A stretch of 64,000 bases of DNA from a virus: positions 1-64,000 of IMG/VR virus record IMGVR_UViG_3300019755_000002; one strand, given 5' to 3'. Position 1 is the first letter of the stretch. Every line of letters starts with the position of its first letter. The translations under genes and the position numbers were made by a program. The notes under the pieces were generated by a model. The model was not told the origin of the DNA, did no database searches, and saw nothing but the letters and a program-made list of their open reading frames with translations. Positions 8,148 to 18,538 of the stretch are shown here, piece by piece.

Positions 8148-9890
8148 ATGAATAAAAATACTTTAGCGGTTGTTAGAGATTTAAAAGAAGCTAACCAAGA
8201 CTTTGAATGGTACCCAACCACAGTTGAGCAAATAAAAGTCGTTACCGACGACATCAAAACAATTAAAAAAGACTTTGACTTTAACGCCCGATACCGAGAA
8301 GAGATAAAAGTGTTAGATGTTGGTGCTGGGGATGGTCGTGTTTTACAGGCTATCAAAGACTCTTTTGACGGTGATGAGAGTTTCCCCGTTGAAGCGTATG
8401 CCGTTGAAAAAGCCTCGGTTCACACCTCAACTTACCGAACAAAAGGTATCACCTTAATCGGTACGGAGTTTAACCAAATAAACTTTATTTCTAAAAGTTG
8501 TCATGTTGCCTTTGTGAATCCACCTTACAGCGAATTTTCGTACTGGCTACAGACGTTACTACGACACCTTAATTTTAGCTTGCTATACGCTGTTATTCCT
8601 CAGCGTTGGGTTGAGGACAAAGGTATTAGTGAGGCTATGGAAGCAAGGGGAATTAAGTTTCATAAAGTTTTGGCCGAATCCGACTTTCTAAATGCGGATC
8701 GTGCAGCAAGAGCGAAAGTAAACGTTGTTCGTTTTAGCTTTAATGATTTAGATCCTGAAAGTTTTGGTCGTTTTAAAGAACGACATTATAAACCAGGGGT
8801 TAACCAATCGGCAACAGACCCGTTCCAGTTATTCCTTGAAAATGAGTTGGGCTTGAAAAAGACCTACTCACATACAACGGAAAAATTTAGTGAACATTGT
8901 GAAAAATCGCGTGTGAAAAAGGAAATGGAAACGGAAGGCTCTGTGGGGTTTGAGCTTGTCGAGTCTAAGGGTATCTTGTGGGCTTTACTCGATAATTACG
9001 AAATAGACCTAGCGAAAACGTTAGAGCAATACAAGTTAATTAGCAAAATAGACGCTCAACTATTACAAGAGCTTGGTGTTGATTACAATGGCCTACAAAA
9101 AGGTGCTAAGGAGAAATTACTTGGTTATCGTAATGTTTATTGGTCACTCTTGTTTGATAAACTTGAAGCCATTTCTAGCCGTTTAACGAGTAAATATAAA
9201 AAGACGCTGCTTAATAAACTCGCGTCGAATGCTTTGGACTTCACCTATACCAACGCTATTTACATCATTCAATATGCGGTTGAAATTGGTAACGAAATGA
9301 TTGAGAAAAGCTTGATTGATGTCTACAAAGGCTTGACTAGCCCCGAATCAATCTTGCGTTACTACAAATCCAACAACCACGTTTACCGTGATGATTGGCG
9401 CTATAACCAAGATGCTAAAGACAATGCCAAGTATATTCTGGATTACCGCTTCATTCATAGCAATTGGACTAACTTCAGTTCTCATTCTTGGGAAAAAGGG
9501 TTAGCTGAGGGTGCGAGAGAATTTACCACGGATTTACTCGTGGCCTTTAAGTTACTTGGTTATAGTGACTTGTGTGTTACTAAAGCTTTTGATGATGTTG
9601 AGTCGGGCAAGAGTGTAGCAATAAAGGGTACGCACCCCAACGGCAACGTTCTGGAATTAGTGACACTTAAATTCTACTTAAATGGCAACCGACACCTTAA
9701 ATTTAACCAAGATGCTATGTTGCGTTTTAACGTTACCGTATCACGTTTATTGGGTTGGGTTCGCAGTAAAGAAGACTTTATGGATGAATCCGAGACAACC
9801 AAGCGTGTGGATGATGATGCTTGGGAAATTAGCAAAGATATGAAAGTGACCCCGAGTAATATCTTTTTACTCACGGATAAAGCGGCGTAA
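8148..9890 (+). CDS. N6-adenine DNA methyltransferase-like protein (DUF4942-like C-terminus)
   Basis: WYPT, VLDVGAGDG (motif I), NPPY (motif IV), C-terminal FYLNGNRHLKF. Confidence 0.8.
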   Translation: MNKNTLAVVRDLKEANQDFEWYPTTVEQIKVVTDDIKTIKKDFDFNARYREEIKVLDVGAGDGRVLQAIKDSFDGDESFPVEAYAVEKASVHTSTYRTKGITLIGTEFNQINFISKSCHVAFVNPPYSEFSYWLQTLLRHLNFSLLYAVIPQRWVEDKGISEAMEARGIKFHKVLAESDFLNADRAARAKVNVVRFSFNDLDPESFGRFKERHYKPGVNQSATDPFQLFLENELGLKKTYSHTTEKFSEHCEKSRVKKEMETEGSVGFELVESKGILWALLDNYEIDLAKTLEQYKLISKIDAQLLQELGVDYNGLQKGAKEKLLGYRNVYWSLLFDKLEAISSRLTSKYKKTLLNKLASNALDFTYTNAIYIIQYAVEIGNEMIEKSLIDVYKGLTSPESILRYYKSNNHVYRDDWRYNQDAKDNAKYILDYRFIHSNWTNFSSHSWEKGLAEGAREFTTDLLVAFKLLGYSDLCVTKAFDDVESGKSVAIKGTHPNGNVLELVTLKFYLNGNRHLKFNQDAMLRFNVTVSRLLGWVRSKEDFMDESETTKRVDDDAWEISKDMKVTPSNIFLLTDKAA

Positions 9891-9962
9891 GAGTACAAAC
9901 AAGGTGGGTAAAGTTACCCACCTTTAAAGAGACAGAATTAAACTAAAATTTGGAGATTGACG

Positions 9963-10349
9963 ATGGAACTTACCATAGATCAACAACGAACAAATCTTTT
10001 CAATCAACTAGGCGCGTTCTTCGCCTTTAATAATGCTCAGTTTGCCGAAAAGCAACAAGAAAACACCACCTATGTGACTATGGGCGCGGGTTTAATTTGC
10101 CCTAAAGAAAATGCGTCGGAGCTTGTTGACGGTTTAGAAAAGTTAAGTAACGAGAGCATACGCTTAGACCTAGCCAACAACACCATTAAAGAAATTATTC
10201 ATCGTGAGCTGGCCAACCATGAAGCCCAAATCACAGGCGATATTTCTGACACGGTTGATGCTCTTGATGGTTATCCGATAACAGTCGAGCAGATACAGGC
10301 TGAGTATTCTGTTTTCTTTCAAAAGTGTGTTGACAACGACTGGTTTTAA
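9963..10349 (+). CDS. Hypothetical phage protein
   Basis: ATG within motif variant GGAGATTGACGATG. Confidence 0.8.
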   Translation: MELTIDQQRTNLFNQLGAFFAFNNAQFAEKQQENTTYVTMGAGLICPKENASELVDGLEKLSNESIRLDLANNTIKEIIHRELANHEAQITGDISDTVDALDGYPITVEQIQAEYSVFFQKCVDNDWF

Positions 10350-10362
10350 CCAGGGGATTATT

Positions 10363-10668
10363 ATGAAAACTTTAAAAGCTTGGCAAGAAAGTGACACCAA
10401 TTCTTTCGACCAGTTTGTACCAAAATATAGTGAGGTAGACGAGGAGATTTATTGGTATTTCCTTGAAATCTTACCTCTTTTGTTATGCCCAAGCGGTTTT
10501 ATGGTCAGCGAACCCTACTCATATTGCTCGGAACATAACACCCAAACTTACGCCTGTTTTGTTCAACTGGGCGCTAAGTACTACTACTTAGGCAATATTT
10601 CACCTAAAGCCGTTCGCTCAGAAATTGCTAATTTGAAAGCGCGTTTGTCTGGGGAGGTAAAGGACTAA
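10363..10668 (+). CDS. Hypothetical protein (DUF1419-like)
   Basis: EIYWYFLEILP...FMVSEP pattern. Confidence 0.65.
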   Translation: MKTLKAWQESDTNSFDQFVPKYSEVDEEIYWYFLEILPLLLCPSGFMVSEPYSYCSEHNTQTYACFVQLGAKYYYLGNISPKAVRSEIANLKARLSGEVKD

Positions 10669-10880
10669 TGAACCTCGCCCAAATCAAAACCGCAATAGCC
10701 GAAGGAAAAACCGTCAACTGGAAAAATGCTTCCTATGTTGTCATTAAAGACAACCTCGGCCAGTACTTTATTCGATGCGACATAAACCAACATCACATAG
10801 GCCTAACATGGCTTGACGGTGAAACGCTTAACGGTAAGGAAGAAGATTTCTTCATTGCCATCAACACGAAAGAAGGATAG
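10668..10880 (+). CDS. Hypothetical protein
   Basis: Coupled ORF with GGAGG/AAGGA RBS. Confidence 0.7.
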   Translation: MNLAQIKTAIAEGKTVNWKNASYVVIKDNLGQYFIRCDINQHHIGLTWLDGETLNGKEEDFFIAINTKEG

Positions 10881-10883
10881 AAA

Positions 10884-11756
10884 ATGAGTACATTCCCTTT
10901 AGCAGAAATGCACAAACACCCAGAAGATTTTAGATTGTTAACGCGAGTTCCTTACACCAAGGACAAACCGTTTCCTTTAAAACTAGCTGAGACGGTTGGT
11001 GATGAAATCCACTTTGTTATTCTCGATACTGAAACAACGGGGTTGGATAGCAAAACGGACGAAATGATTGAGTTAGGTGTTATTGGTATTTCTTATAGTC
11101 CCTCGGCTCAGCGTATCACCCAAATAAACGGTTGTGCTGACTTTTTTGAACAACCCTTAGTTCCTATTCCTGAGATTATCACCCAAATAACGGGTTTAAC
11201 GGATGCCGACGTTGCGGGATTTAGAATTGACGATAGCCACGTTGAGCAAATATTTTCGGGGGTAAGCCTCGTTATTGCTCATAACGCTCAATTTGACCGT
11301 GGTTTCTTTGATAAGCGTTTTCCACAGCTAAGTAACTTGCCGTGGGCTTGCAGTATCAAAGATGTTAATTGGCAAGACTATGGATTGGAAGGTAATAAAT
11401 TGCTGTTTTTACTATACCAGTTAGGTTTTTTCTATGAAGCACATCGAGCGGATATTGATTGTATTGCTACCTTGCGCTTGTTCCAAGAAAAGCCCGAGGC
11501 GCTTAATTCCCTGATAGCGTCAGCAAGTAAAAGCAGCGTCACCATTCGATGTCACACGGCACCTTTTAACGTTAAAGACCAGTTAAAAGAGCGTGGTTAC
11601 AAATGGAGTGATGTCGATCCAAACGCTAAGCATTGGCATGGCACGGTTGATTCAGACAAGCTTGATGAAGAACTTGAATGGTTAAAGAACCTTTGCCCTA
11701 CCAAGTACAAAAACTTTGTAAAAGAGCCGATAACAGCTCACAACCGTTATAAGTAA
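10884..11756 (+). CDS. DEDDh 3'-5' exonuclease (DNA polymerase III epsilon-like)
   Basis: LDTETTG, AHNAQFD, HRADID motifs. Confidence 0.9.
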   Translation: MSTFPLAEMHKHPEDFRLLTRVPYTKDKPFPLKLAETVGDEIHFVILDTETTGLDSKTDEMIELGVIGISYSPSAQRITQINGCADFFEQPLVPIPEIITQITGLTDADVAGFRIDDSHVEQIFSGVSLVIAHNAQFDRGFFDKRFPQLSNLPWACSIKDVNWQDYGLEGNKLLFLLYQLGFFYEAHRADIDCIATLRLFQEKPEALNSLIASASKSSVTIRCHTAPFNVKDQLKERGYKWSDVDPNAKHWHGTVDSDKLDEELEWLKNLCPTKYKNFVKEPITAHNRYK

Positions 11757-11815
11757 ATAGCGTTACAAACAACCGAGGGGTTAACTTTAAGAACTATTTT
11801 CTAGGAACTAAACCA

Positions 11816-12136
11816 ATGAAAGTAACCATACATCAAAAAATACGCCTTAGAAGCCTTATGTTGCAGTACGGTATAAACATCAATGGGTACCTGAAGTGGG
11901 TAAACACCAATGACGTACTGACAAGAAAGGCATCTAGACGACGCATAGCTTTTTTTATCTATTCTTACACAGGACAAAGTGTCATGTTTGTTTTAAATAG
12001 TCCGTATACAAGATATTACAAGCCTCATAGATCAACCCTTAGGGACGGTGAACCTAGACAGCCTAGTAATACAAACCGAGTGGGTAACTTTACCCACCAA
12101 AAATTAATTAAACTAAAATTAGGATTGACGATATGA
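11816..12136 (+). CDS. Hypothetical basic protein
   Basis: ORF with AGGA RBS; 3' end reads through a hairpin module. Confidence 0.5.
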   Translation: MKVTIHQKIRLRSLMLQYGININGYLKWVNTNDVLTRKASRRRIAFFIYSYTGQSVMFVLNSPYTRYYKPHRSTLRDGEPRQPSNTNRVGNFTHQKLIKLKLGLTI

Positions 12137-12597
12137 AAACCACAACGAATGGTACACAAAGTACCTTAGAAAGTAATACCACGCAAAAAATGAAAGCCAA
12201 CGCAAAGTTGACGCCTGAGCAAGTGAAAATCGTAACCAATATCGCCTCGGAGCTTTTTGACAAACCCGTAGTTTCTTCGGGTACAACTATTGCTCAAGTA
12301 GCAAAGGACTTACCTACGGTATACGCCGCAGGGTTAGTTCCTCAAATAGTGATGTTTGGCTCAGATAGTATTGAGACGAACATTGAAGTTAATTACCAAT
12401 GGCAGTGTTGGATTGAAATTGCCCCCTGTTTGACTATAGGAGAAAATTTTGAATGGAAATATGCCGACGACTCACAGCTTAACCCCAGCATTATTTATCT
12501 TAGTCCAACGGAAATTGGGGTCTTGTATCTACCCTCGGCTATTTTCTACTTGAAGAACATGAAAACGGGTGTCGCTCGTTGGTGCCGCTTGGATTAA
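12133..12597 (+). CDS. Hypothetical protein
   Basis: ATG directly after GGATTGACGAT. Confidence 0.75.
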   Translation: MKTTTNGTQSTLESNTTQKMKANAKLTPEQVKIVTNIASELFDKPVVSSGTTIAQVAKDLPTVYAAGLVPQIVMFGSDSIETNIEVNYQWQCWIEIAPCLTIGENFEWKYADDSQLNPSIIYLSPTEIGVLYLPSAIFYLKNMKTGVARWCRLD

Positions 12598-12602
12598 CTT
12601 CC

Positions 12603-12779
12603 ATGAGTACTCTAGGCCAATTACAAAAATTCAAAGTGGTTGTCACGAATGAAACGGTGGACTTTGAGTTTTATCTTGAACACAAGAGCATGTACTTAGC
12701 GGAATTAAGCACAGTGGTTTTACTGTCTATGGCTCCAAACTTACGCTTAAAAACAATTAAACAAATTAAACAGGATTGA
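12603..12779 (+). CDS. Small hypothetical protein
   Basis: Fills the gap in the operon. Confidence 0.5.
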   Translation: MSTLGQLQKFKVVVTNETVDFEFYLEHKSMYLAELSTVVLLSMAPNLRLKTIKQIKQD

Positions 12780-12781
12780 CG

Positions 12782-13924
12782 ATGATAAACATTAAATTAC
12801 ATAAAGAACTATTCAAAATTCACTCTAACGGCCAGATTGGATCTTGGTCAATTACCGTAGCCGATAAAGGTGATGGTACAGCCACAATGTTAAGAAGTGC
12901 CTGTAAAGTACTTGGTGGTAAAGCGGTTGAGACACCAACAAATTACACCGAGGGCAAGAACATTGGCCGAAGCAACGAGACGACACCATTAGAGCAAGCA
13001 CTCTTAGATGCCGAATCTCGCTACAAGAAACAACTAGACAAAGGTTATGTTGTAGAAATGCCAAAAGCTGGTGACGTTGTTACTAATAGTCTTGGCTTCA
13101 TTAAACCGATGCTTGCTCAACCAATTGAAAAAGTTAAAGATTGGAAATTCCCTGTCTATGTGTCTCCTAAATTAGACGGTCACCGAATGTTAGCGACCGT
13201 TCAAGATGGTGAAGTAGTGCTTTACTCACGACAAGGTAAAGAAGTCAGTGTTGAACACATTAGAGGACATTTGCAAATCTTGTTCGACAATAATCGTTGG
13301 GATGGCACGACCTTAGATGGGGAAATTTATCAGCATGGCGAAACACTACAAAGAATTTCATCTTTAGTTAAGAAGCCAAAGCCAGAATCAAATAACTTGG
13401 TTTATCATGTTTATGATATTACCGCTAAAAACGAGTCCTATGGCTCAAGATTAGCAACACTGAATAACCTCTTAACGCGATTTAGTAAGTCTATTGTGGT
13501 GGTGCCAACTAGCTTCGTTGGTTCGTTGACCTTACTTAATGAAATGCACTCGGAGCATATTGCCCAAGGCTATGAGGGTACTATGATCCGACACGGTGAC
13601 ACAGGATATGAAGATGGTAAACGCTCGAAATCGCTAATGAAGAAGAAAGACTTCCAAGACGCTGAATTTAAGGTGGTCAACGTTCTGGAAGGTAAGCCCG
13701 TTATTAAAGCGGACAAAACCTACAACGTGGCTATTTATGAATGTATGACCCCCGATGGTGGACTATTCACTTGTACTGCGCCAGGTACGATGCAAGAAAA
13801 GCATGACGCTTGGGTAAATCGTGCCGAAGCACTAGAAAAAATGCTAACCGTTAAGTTTTTCAACTACACACCAGACAACATACCCTTTTTGCCCGTGGCA
13901 TTAAGACTGCGTGAGGATATTTAA
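12782..13924 (+). CDS. ATP-dependent DNA ligase
   Basis: KLDGHR adenylation motif, LDGEIY, YHVYD, EGTMIR; C-terminal OB-fold-like region. Confidence 0.92.
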   Translation: MINIKLHKELFKIHSNGQIGSWSITVADKGDGTATMLRSACKVLGGKAVETPTNYTEGKNIGRSNETTPLEQALLDAESRYKKQLDKGYVVEMPKAGDVVTNSLGFIKPMLAQPIEKVKDWKFPVYVSPKLDGHRMLATVQDGEVVLYSRQGKEVSVEHIRGHLQILFDNNRWDGTTLDGEIYQHGETLQRISSLVKKPKPESNNLVYHVYDITAKNESYGSRLATLNNLLTRFSKSIVVVPTSFVGSLTLLNEMHSEHIAQGYEGTMIRHGDTGYEDGKRSKSLMKKKDFQDAEFKVVNVLEGKPVIKADKTYNVAIYECMTPDGGLFTCTAPGTMQEKHDAWVNRAEALEKMLTVKFFNYTPDNIPFLPVALRLREDI

Positions 13925-13983
13925 TTTCACTAAGTATGGTGGGTAAACTTCCCCACCATTAAACTAAAATTAGGATTGACGAT

Positions 13984-15522
13984 ATGAAACAGAACAACTT
14001 TGGATTACTCTCAGGCGAAATTAGCGTAGACAACTTCGCTGGTGGTGGAGGTGCTAGCACGGGGTATGAAATGGCTACGGGCAAATCCGTAGACATAGCC
14101 ATTAACCACGACCCTGACGCCATTGACATGCACAGACTTAACCATCCAGACACCAAGCATTACTGTGAAGATGTTTGGCATGTTGACCCTATTGAAGCTT
14201 GTGCGGGTCGTCCCGTTGGGGTGGCGTGGTTTAGCCCAGACTGTAAGCATTTTTCCAAAGCCAAAGGATCGGCACCAGTAGATAAAAATATTAGAGGTCT
14301 TGCTTGGGTTGCTATTCGTTGGCCCTTACTCGTGCCCGTTAGAACGTTATACCTAGAAAATGTCGAAGAATTCAAAACGTGGGGGCCAGTTATCTACAAT
14401 GATAAAGGTAAGCCTATCCCTTGCCCTGAACGCAAGGGTGAGACCTTTGATGGCTTCATCAAAGCCTTAACAACAGGTCTAAAGCCCGACCATCCCGCAT
14501 GGGTGGAAGCGGTTGAAGCCCTACAAATTGAGGATAAACCCGAGTTACAACAACGGTTACAAACGGGATTAGGCTATGACCTTGAACACCGTATACTACA
14601 TGCTTGTGATTATGGTGCAGCTACAATTCGTAAACGTTTTTTCTTAGTTGCTCGCAATGATGGCCTGAAAATAGGTTGGCCCGAAATTACACACGGTAAA
14701 GTAGGAAGCGGCTTGAAACCTTTTGTAACAGCGGCAGAAGTGATTGATTGGTCAAAGCCTTGTCGATCAATCTTTGGTAGAAAAAAGCCCTTAGCTGAAA
14801 AGACGATGGCGCGTATCGCTAAGGGATTAGAAAAATTTGTGTTCAACAGCGTTAACCCTTTTGTGGTTCCTGAGGAATGCGTCGTCCCGTTTATAACCGA
14901 ACATGCCAACGGTTCAAGCCAGCGGAATATGCCTATAACAGAGCCGCTGAGAACTATTTGTGCACAAGTTAAGGGGGGGCATTTTGCTTTAGTTAATGCT
15001 TACATTGCTAAACACTATACGGGTGTTGACGGTTCAGATATTAAGACACCACTACACACAATAACAACGCAGGATCACAACGCGTTAGTAACAAGTCACA
15101 TGATTAAGTTTAGGGACACAAACGTTGGGCATGAAACACGAGAGTCATTGCATACAATCTCGGCGGGTGATAATCATTTAGGAGAAGTACGAGCTTTCTT
15201 TATACAGTACTACGGTGAAAGTGTTGGTCATGAGATAAATAGACCCTTAGGTACAATCACAACAAAAGATAGATTCGCATTAATAACCATTCGCGGTGAA
15301 CAGTATCAAATTGTAGACATTGGTATGCGAATGCTTGAACCAGAAGAATTATTTGCCGCCCAAAGTTTCCCTGAGGATTATCAAATTGCTTATGACATGA
15401 ATGGTAAAAAAATATCTAAAGCGCGTCAGGTATCTCGTTGTGGTAATTCCGTCCCCCCTTTGGTTGCTAAAGAACTTATTTTAGCAAATCTTAGCGACCA
15501 ACCTATGAAGGAGGCAGCATAA
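13984..15522 (+). CDS. C5 cytosine DNA methyltransferase
   Basis: FAGGGG, SPDC catalytic motif, ENV, RKRFF, GNSV. Confidence 0.92.
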   Translation: MKQNNFGLLSGEISVDNFAGGGGASTGYEMATGKSVDIAINHDPDAIDMHRLNHPDTKHYCEDVWHVDPIEACAGRPVGVAWFSPDCKHFSKAKGSAPVDKNIRGLAWVAIRWPLLVPVRTLYLENVEEFKTWGPVIYNDKGKPIPCPERKGETFDGFIKALTTGLKPDHPAWVEAVEALQIEDKPELQQRLQTGLGYDLEHRILHACDYGAATIRKRFFLVARNDGLKIGWPEITHGKVGSGLKPFVTAAEVIDWSKPCRSIFGRKKPLAEKTMARIAKGLEKFVFNSVNPFVVPEECVVPFITEHANGSSQRNMPITEPLRTICAQVKGGHFALVNAYIAKHYTGVDGSDIKTPLHTITTQDHNALVTSHMIKFRDTNVGHETRESLHTISAGDNHLGEVRAFFIQYYGESVGHEINRPLGTITTKDRFALITIRGEQYQIVDIGMRMLEPEELFAAQSFPEDYQIAYDMNGKKISKARQVSRCGNSVPPLVAKELILANLSDQPMKEAA

Positions 15523-15773
15523 TGATCACGACACTTGGAATATTTAAAACGTTCTTTTGGTACTTTAAATTTGTGGTACTGGTGGTTTTTGCTGTAGCGC
15601 TAGTGTCCCCCGTAATAGCCGCGTTATCAGGTGTAGTACTTTGTGCTGCGGGTTTTCAGTATAGCCAAGATGAAGTTGAGCAACGATTAGTCGGAGATTT
15701 CTGTCAGTGTGGCCTACACTACGACCAACATGGTGGAGAGAATCACAATTTTATTTCAACCTATAGACGTTAA
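15522..15773 (+). CDS. Small membrane protein
   Basis: Coupled ORF, hydrophobic N-terminal half. Confidence 0.55.
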   Translation: MITTLGIFKTFFWYFKFVVLVVFAVALVSPVIAALSGVVLCAAGFQYSQDEVEQRLVGDFCQCGLHYDQHGGENHNFISTYRR

Positions 15774-15824
15774 GTTTATTTCTTTCATAAGCTAGGCTAC
15801 ACTTACAATACAAGGTAATTATTT

Positions 15825-16049
15825 ATGAGTGTTATGAATAAACAAATTTACACGGCCCTAATTGAGGCTGGAGCAAGTCAGGACAATGCCGCTTCCGCAG
15901 CGGAGTCTGTTGCGGATTATCAAAAGGATATTAGTGGCATTAACGAAAAACTGGCTTTAATTATTGGCGAACAAAAAGTTATAAAATGGGGTATAGGTCT
16001 TGTTATCGCTGTAAATGTTCTCCCCGTTTTAAAGGATTTTTTTATCTGA
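15825..16049 (+). CDS. Small coiled-coil protein with C-terminal TM (DUF1640-like)
   Basis: IYTALIEAGAS...A pattern, coiled coil, KWGIGLVIA anchor. Confidence 0.65.
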   Translation: MSVMNKQIYTALIEAGASQDNAASAAESVADYQKDISGINEKLALIIGEQKVIKWGIGLVIAVNVLPVLKDFFI

Positions 16050-16104
16050 ACTTGCTCTAGCTACACGCTAGGGCATTAATTAAACTAAAACTAGGATTGA
16101 TGAT

Positions 16105-16872
16105 ATGACTATCAAACACATGACCTTCATGGTCGCCCCCGTATTTAAAAACAACCTCGGCATTCACTTTACCAAAGCACCACTGCAAGGTGTTGATAAT
16201 AACGCGTGGTATGAACTTGGCCCCGAAGGTACGCCTTTACTTCCTAAAATTCAGTCGCTACTTATTGGTGCTAATCTTGCCGAGGAAATAGTAGACATTG
16301 AGCAAAGAAACTCAACAGACTATATTGTTAGTTACAGACCGATGCCCGAAAATTTTCACTCCACCCTTACACCTAAAGGTTGGGAAATTGTTGAAAAGCC
16401 GCCTTTAACCGAGGAACAACTACTTGAACCATTTATGGTTATGTCCGACGAAGATAAAAGTCTATTGCTTGAGAATACCGACCTCCTTAGCCTATTACTT
16501 CGAGACTACGACTCTGAAGGTTTTGCTAAATTACTGGTAAATCAAGGCTTAGAAAACGCTAAAAACGAATTCTTTGGCTATCCTGAAACCTTAGAAATGG
16601 CACTAAAACACACAACCTTAAAGGCGGAGGAAATAGCCCCATTATTATGTGAGCATCTAAACATTGCCGAAATACTGTCTTCACCAGAGAAAGACCTTCA
16701 AGCGGAATTAGCTTCTTTAGGTTATGAATGGGTGAAAGAACAATTTGATATTTCAACAGAAGACTTGATCGAAGAGATTAAATCACGCTATCATAAGCAT
16801 GACCTTGTTGCTAAAGACTTTATTCTTAGCCTTGAACAAAAACAACGTACAGCGCTACTTATTAGTGCTTAA
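16105..16872 (+). CDS. Acidic hypothetical protein
   Basis: ATG after variant GGATTGATGAT. Confidence 0.8.
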   Translation: MTIKHMTFMVAPVFKNNLGIHFTKAPLQGVDNNAWYELGPEGTPLLPKIQSLLIGANLAEEIVDIEQRNSTDYIVSYRPMPENFHSTLTPKGWEIVEKPPLTEEQLLEPFMVMSDEDKSLLLENTDLLSLLLRDYDSEGFAKLLVNQGLENAKNEFFGYPETLEMALKHTTLKAEEIAPLLCEHLNIAEILSSPEKDLQAELASLGYEWVKEQFDISTEDLIEEIKSRYHKHDLVAKDFILSLEQKQRTALLISA

Positions 16873-16898
16873 TTAAACTAAAAACTGGATTGACGACT

Positions 16899-17015
16899 AT
16901 GAACCACTCCCCCCTATTTTGGGCCTCTTGCCCTAAAAGTGTTAAAAGACCTAAAAGCGTTAAAAACGAAAACTCAGCACAAAAACGCACAGCACACCCT
17001 TTTCACCCACCCTAA
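16899..17015 (+). CDS. 38-aa small ORF MNHSPLFWASCPK...
   Basis: Not in ORF track; ATG follows motif variant GGATTGACGAC. Confidence 0.4.
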   Translation: MNHSPLFWASCPKSVKRPKSVKNENSAQKRTAHPFHPP

Positions 17016-17031
17016 CTAATGAGGTATTTTC

Positions 17032-17259
17032 ATGCTCAAAACCGTTAGATCCAATATAGCGTTAATTCAAAACATAGCTCAAAAAATGCTTACTTCAAAA
17101 GGAAAGTATGTCGTAGTAGACCGAAAGCGATACGACTATAAAGGCTTTTTATCACTTATTGGACAAACAAAAAATCAAGCCGATAAAAGTGGCTTAGAAT
17201 TAAAAGGCTTAAATATGTTATATGAAAAATATAAGACACAAATACTAGCCGAAGTATAA
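17032..17259 (+). CDS. Hypothetical protein
   Basis: GAGG RBS. Confidence 0.6.
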   Translation: MLKTVRSNIALIQNIAQKMLTSKGKYVVVDRKRYDYKGFLSLIGQTKNQADKSGLELKGLNMLYEKYKTQILAEV

Positions 17260-17309
17260 ACCTCTAAGGGCTGACTCAGCCCTTAGCAATTAAAAGATGG
17301 ATTGACGAT

Positions 17310-18011
17310 ATGACTAAGAACAAAGAACAAGCAGCAATACCTTGTTTTGGGCTTCACAAAGCACCAAACAATTTGTATTACTTATTTCAAGACACCAACC
17401 CCTCGGGTTTTGATTTTTTAGGTACGGGCCTAAAGTCAGGTCTAAACAGCGCTATGATATCGGGGAAATGTCCTCATATTATGAACCCGTACCTTCGTCA
17501 AAGAAGTGTACCAAGAAGACACAACCAAGCCTTTGAACTAATTTCAGCCGACCCGTTAGTTAAAGTGATGTCTCCGTTCCCTTCTGAGTTTAAAGAAGGA
17601 AAGATATTTCAACTTCGAGCGGATAAATTACGCTACGCCTTAACATGGTTAAAAACCCTTGAACGTTTAAGTTCACCCAGTTACAGCCAAGTAATTAATT
17701 TAAGTAGTCAATCAAAAGGTTATATAAAACGAGCACTAGGGCATACAAACATTCAACCTATGGCACTAACAGGAGTCCATTTAAGTGATGTTTCAGTAAT
17801 TAATGAAATCTTAGCAACGGCGGAAAAAAGCCCGCGTACGTTATTGCTTGTTTCCGATTTTCATATTGATGATATTCCCGAAATAGACACTAAATTACCA
17901 GAACTAATCGACTTGAATGACCTAGTAACACTGTCACTAGAGCATATCGGCGTTAGGTTAATAGACCAATTTATCAAAGGTGGGAGTTTACCATGGCAAA
18001 AGGCCGCATAA
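17310..18011 (+). CDS. Hypothetical protein
   Basis: ATG directly after GGATTGACGAT. Confidence 0.75.
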   Translation: MTKNKEQAAIPCFGLHKAPNNLYYLFQDTNPSGFDFLGTGLKSGLNSAMISGKCPHIMNPYLRQRSVPRRHNQAFELISADPLVKVMSPFPSEFKEGKIFQLRADKLRYALTWLKTLERLSSPSYSQVINLSSQSKGYIKRALGHTNIQPMALTGVHLSDVSVINEILATAEKSPRTLLLVSDFHIDDIPEIDTKLPELIDLNDLVTLSLEHIGVRLIDQFIKGGSLPWQKAA

Positions 18012-18538
18012 CTGAAAGTGGCCTGCCAAGTGTTTGGCCGACAATACTTAGTAATCAAGAACGGGTTAAGCGTTTTTTGGATGTGTATCATAAAAACAGA
18101 GCACTGGGCATTACCCAGAATGATATTACGGCCCGAGACATGGGGCTAAATAGAAGCACAGTGTCAAAACAGATGGCCGACCCGTCGATTCTTTTTACGC
18201 TTAAATATTGTTATTTGTATGAATTAGATCCACTAGAAATATTCCCCGAATTAATCTGGTTAAGAGATCGTTGGTTGAAAGAGTTCCAAGACCATTTAGA
18301 GCTTTTAAAACAAGCAGCGCAGTTAAAAAACCCGAGCCTCATTATTGAGTTGGTAGAAGCGTGTGAATATGGTTTAAGTCTTTATCTTAGCCCAGAATTG
18401 ATTGGTGAAATGAAAAAACTTCGGGGTGAAGCGATTAATACCTTGGCTTTGGCAAAAAAAGGACAAAGCAGACGTAAAAAGCATGAAACGAGGTTAGAGG
18501 CGAGGTTAAGACAAAATGAAGAAAGTGCTAATACCTAA
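17993..18538 (+). CDS. XRE/Cro-type HTH protein
   Basis: LGITQNDITARDMGLNRSTVSKQ. Confidence 0.65.
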   Translation: MAKGRITESGLPSVWPTILSNQERVKRFLDVYHKNRALGITQNDITARDMGLNRSTVSKQMADPSILFTLKYCYLYELDPLEIFPELIWLRDRWLKEFQDHLELLKQAAQLKNPSLIIELVEACEYGLSLYLSPELIGEMKKLRGEAINTLALAKKGQSRRKKHETRLEARLRQNEESANT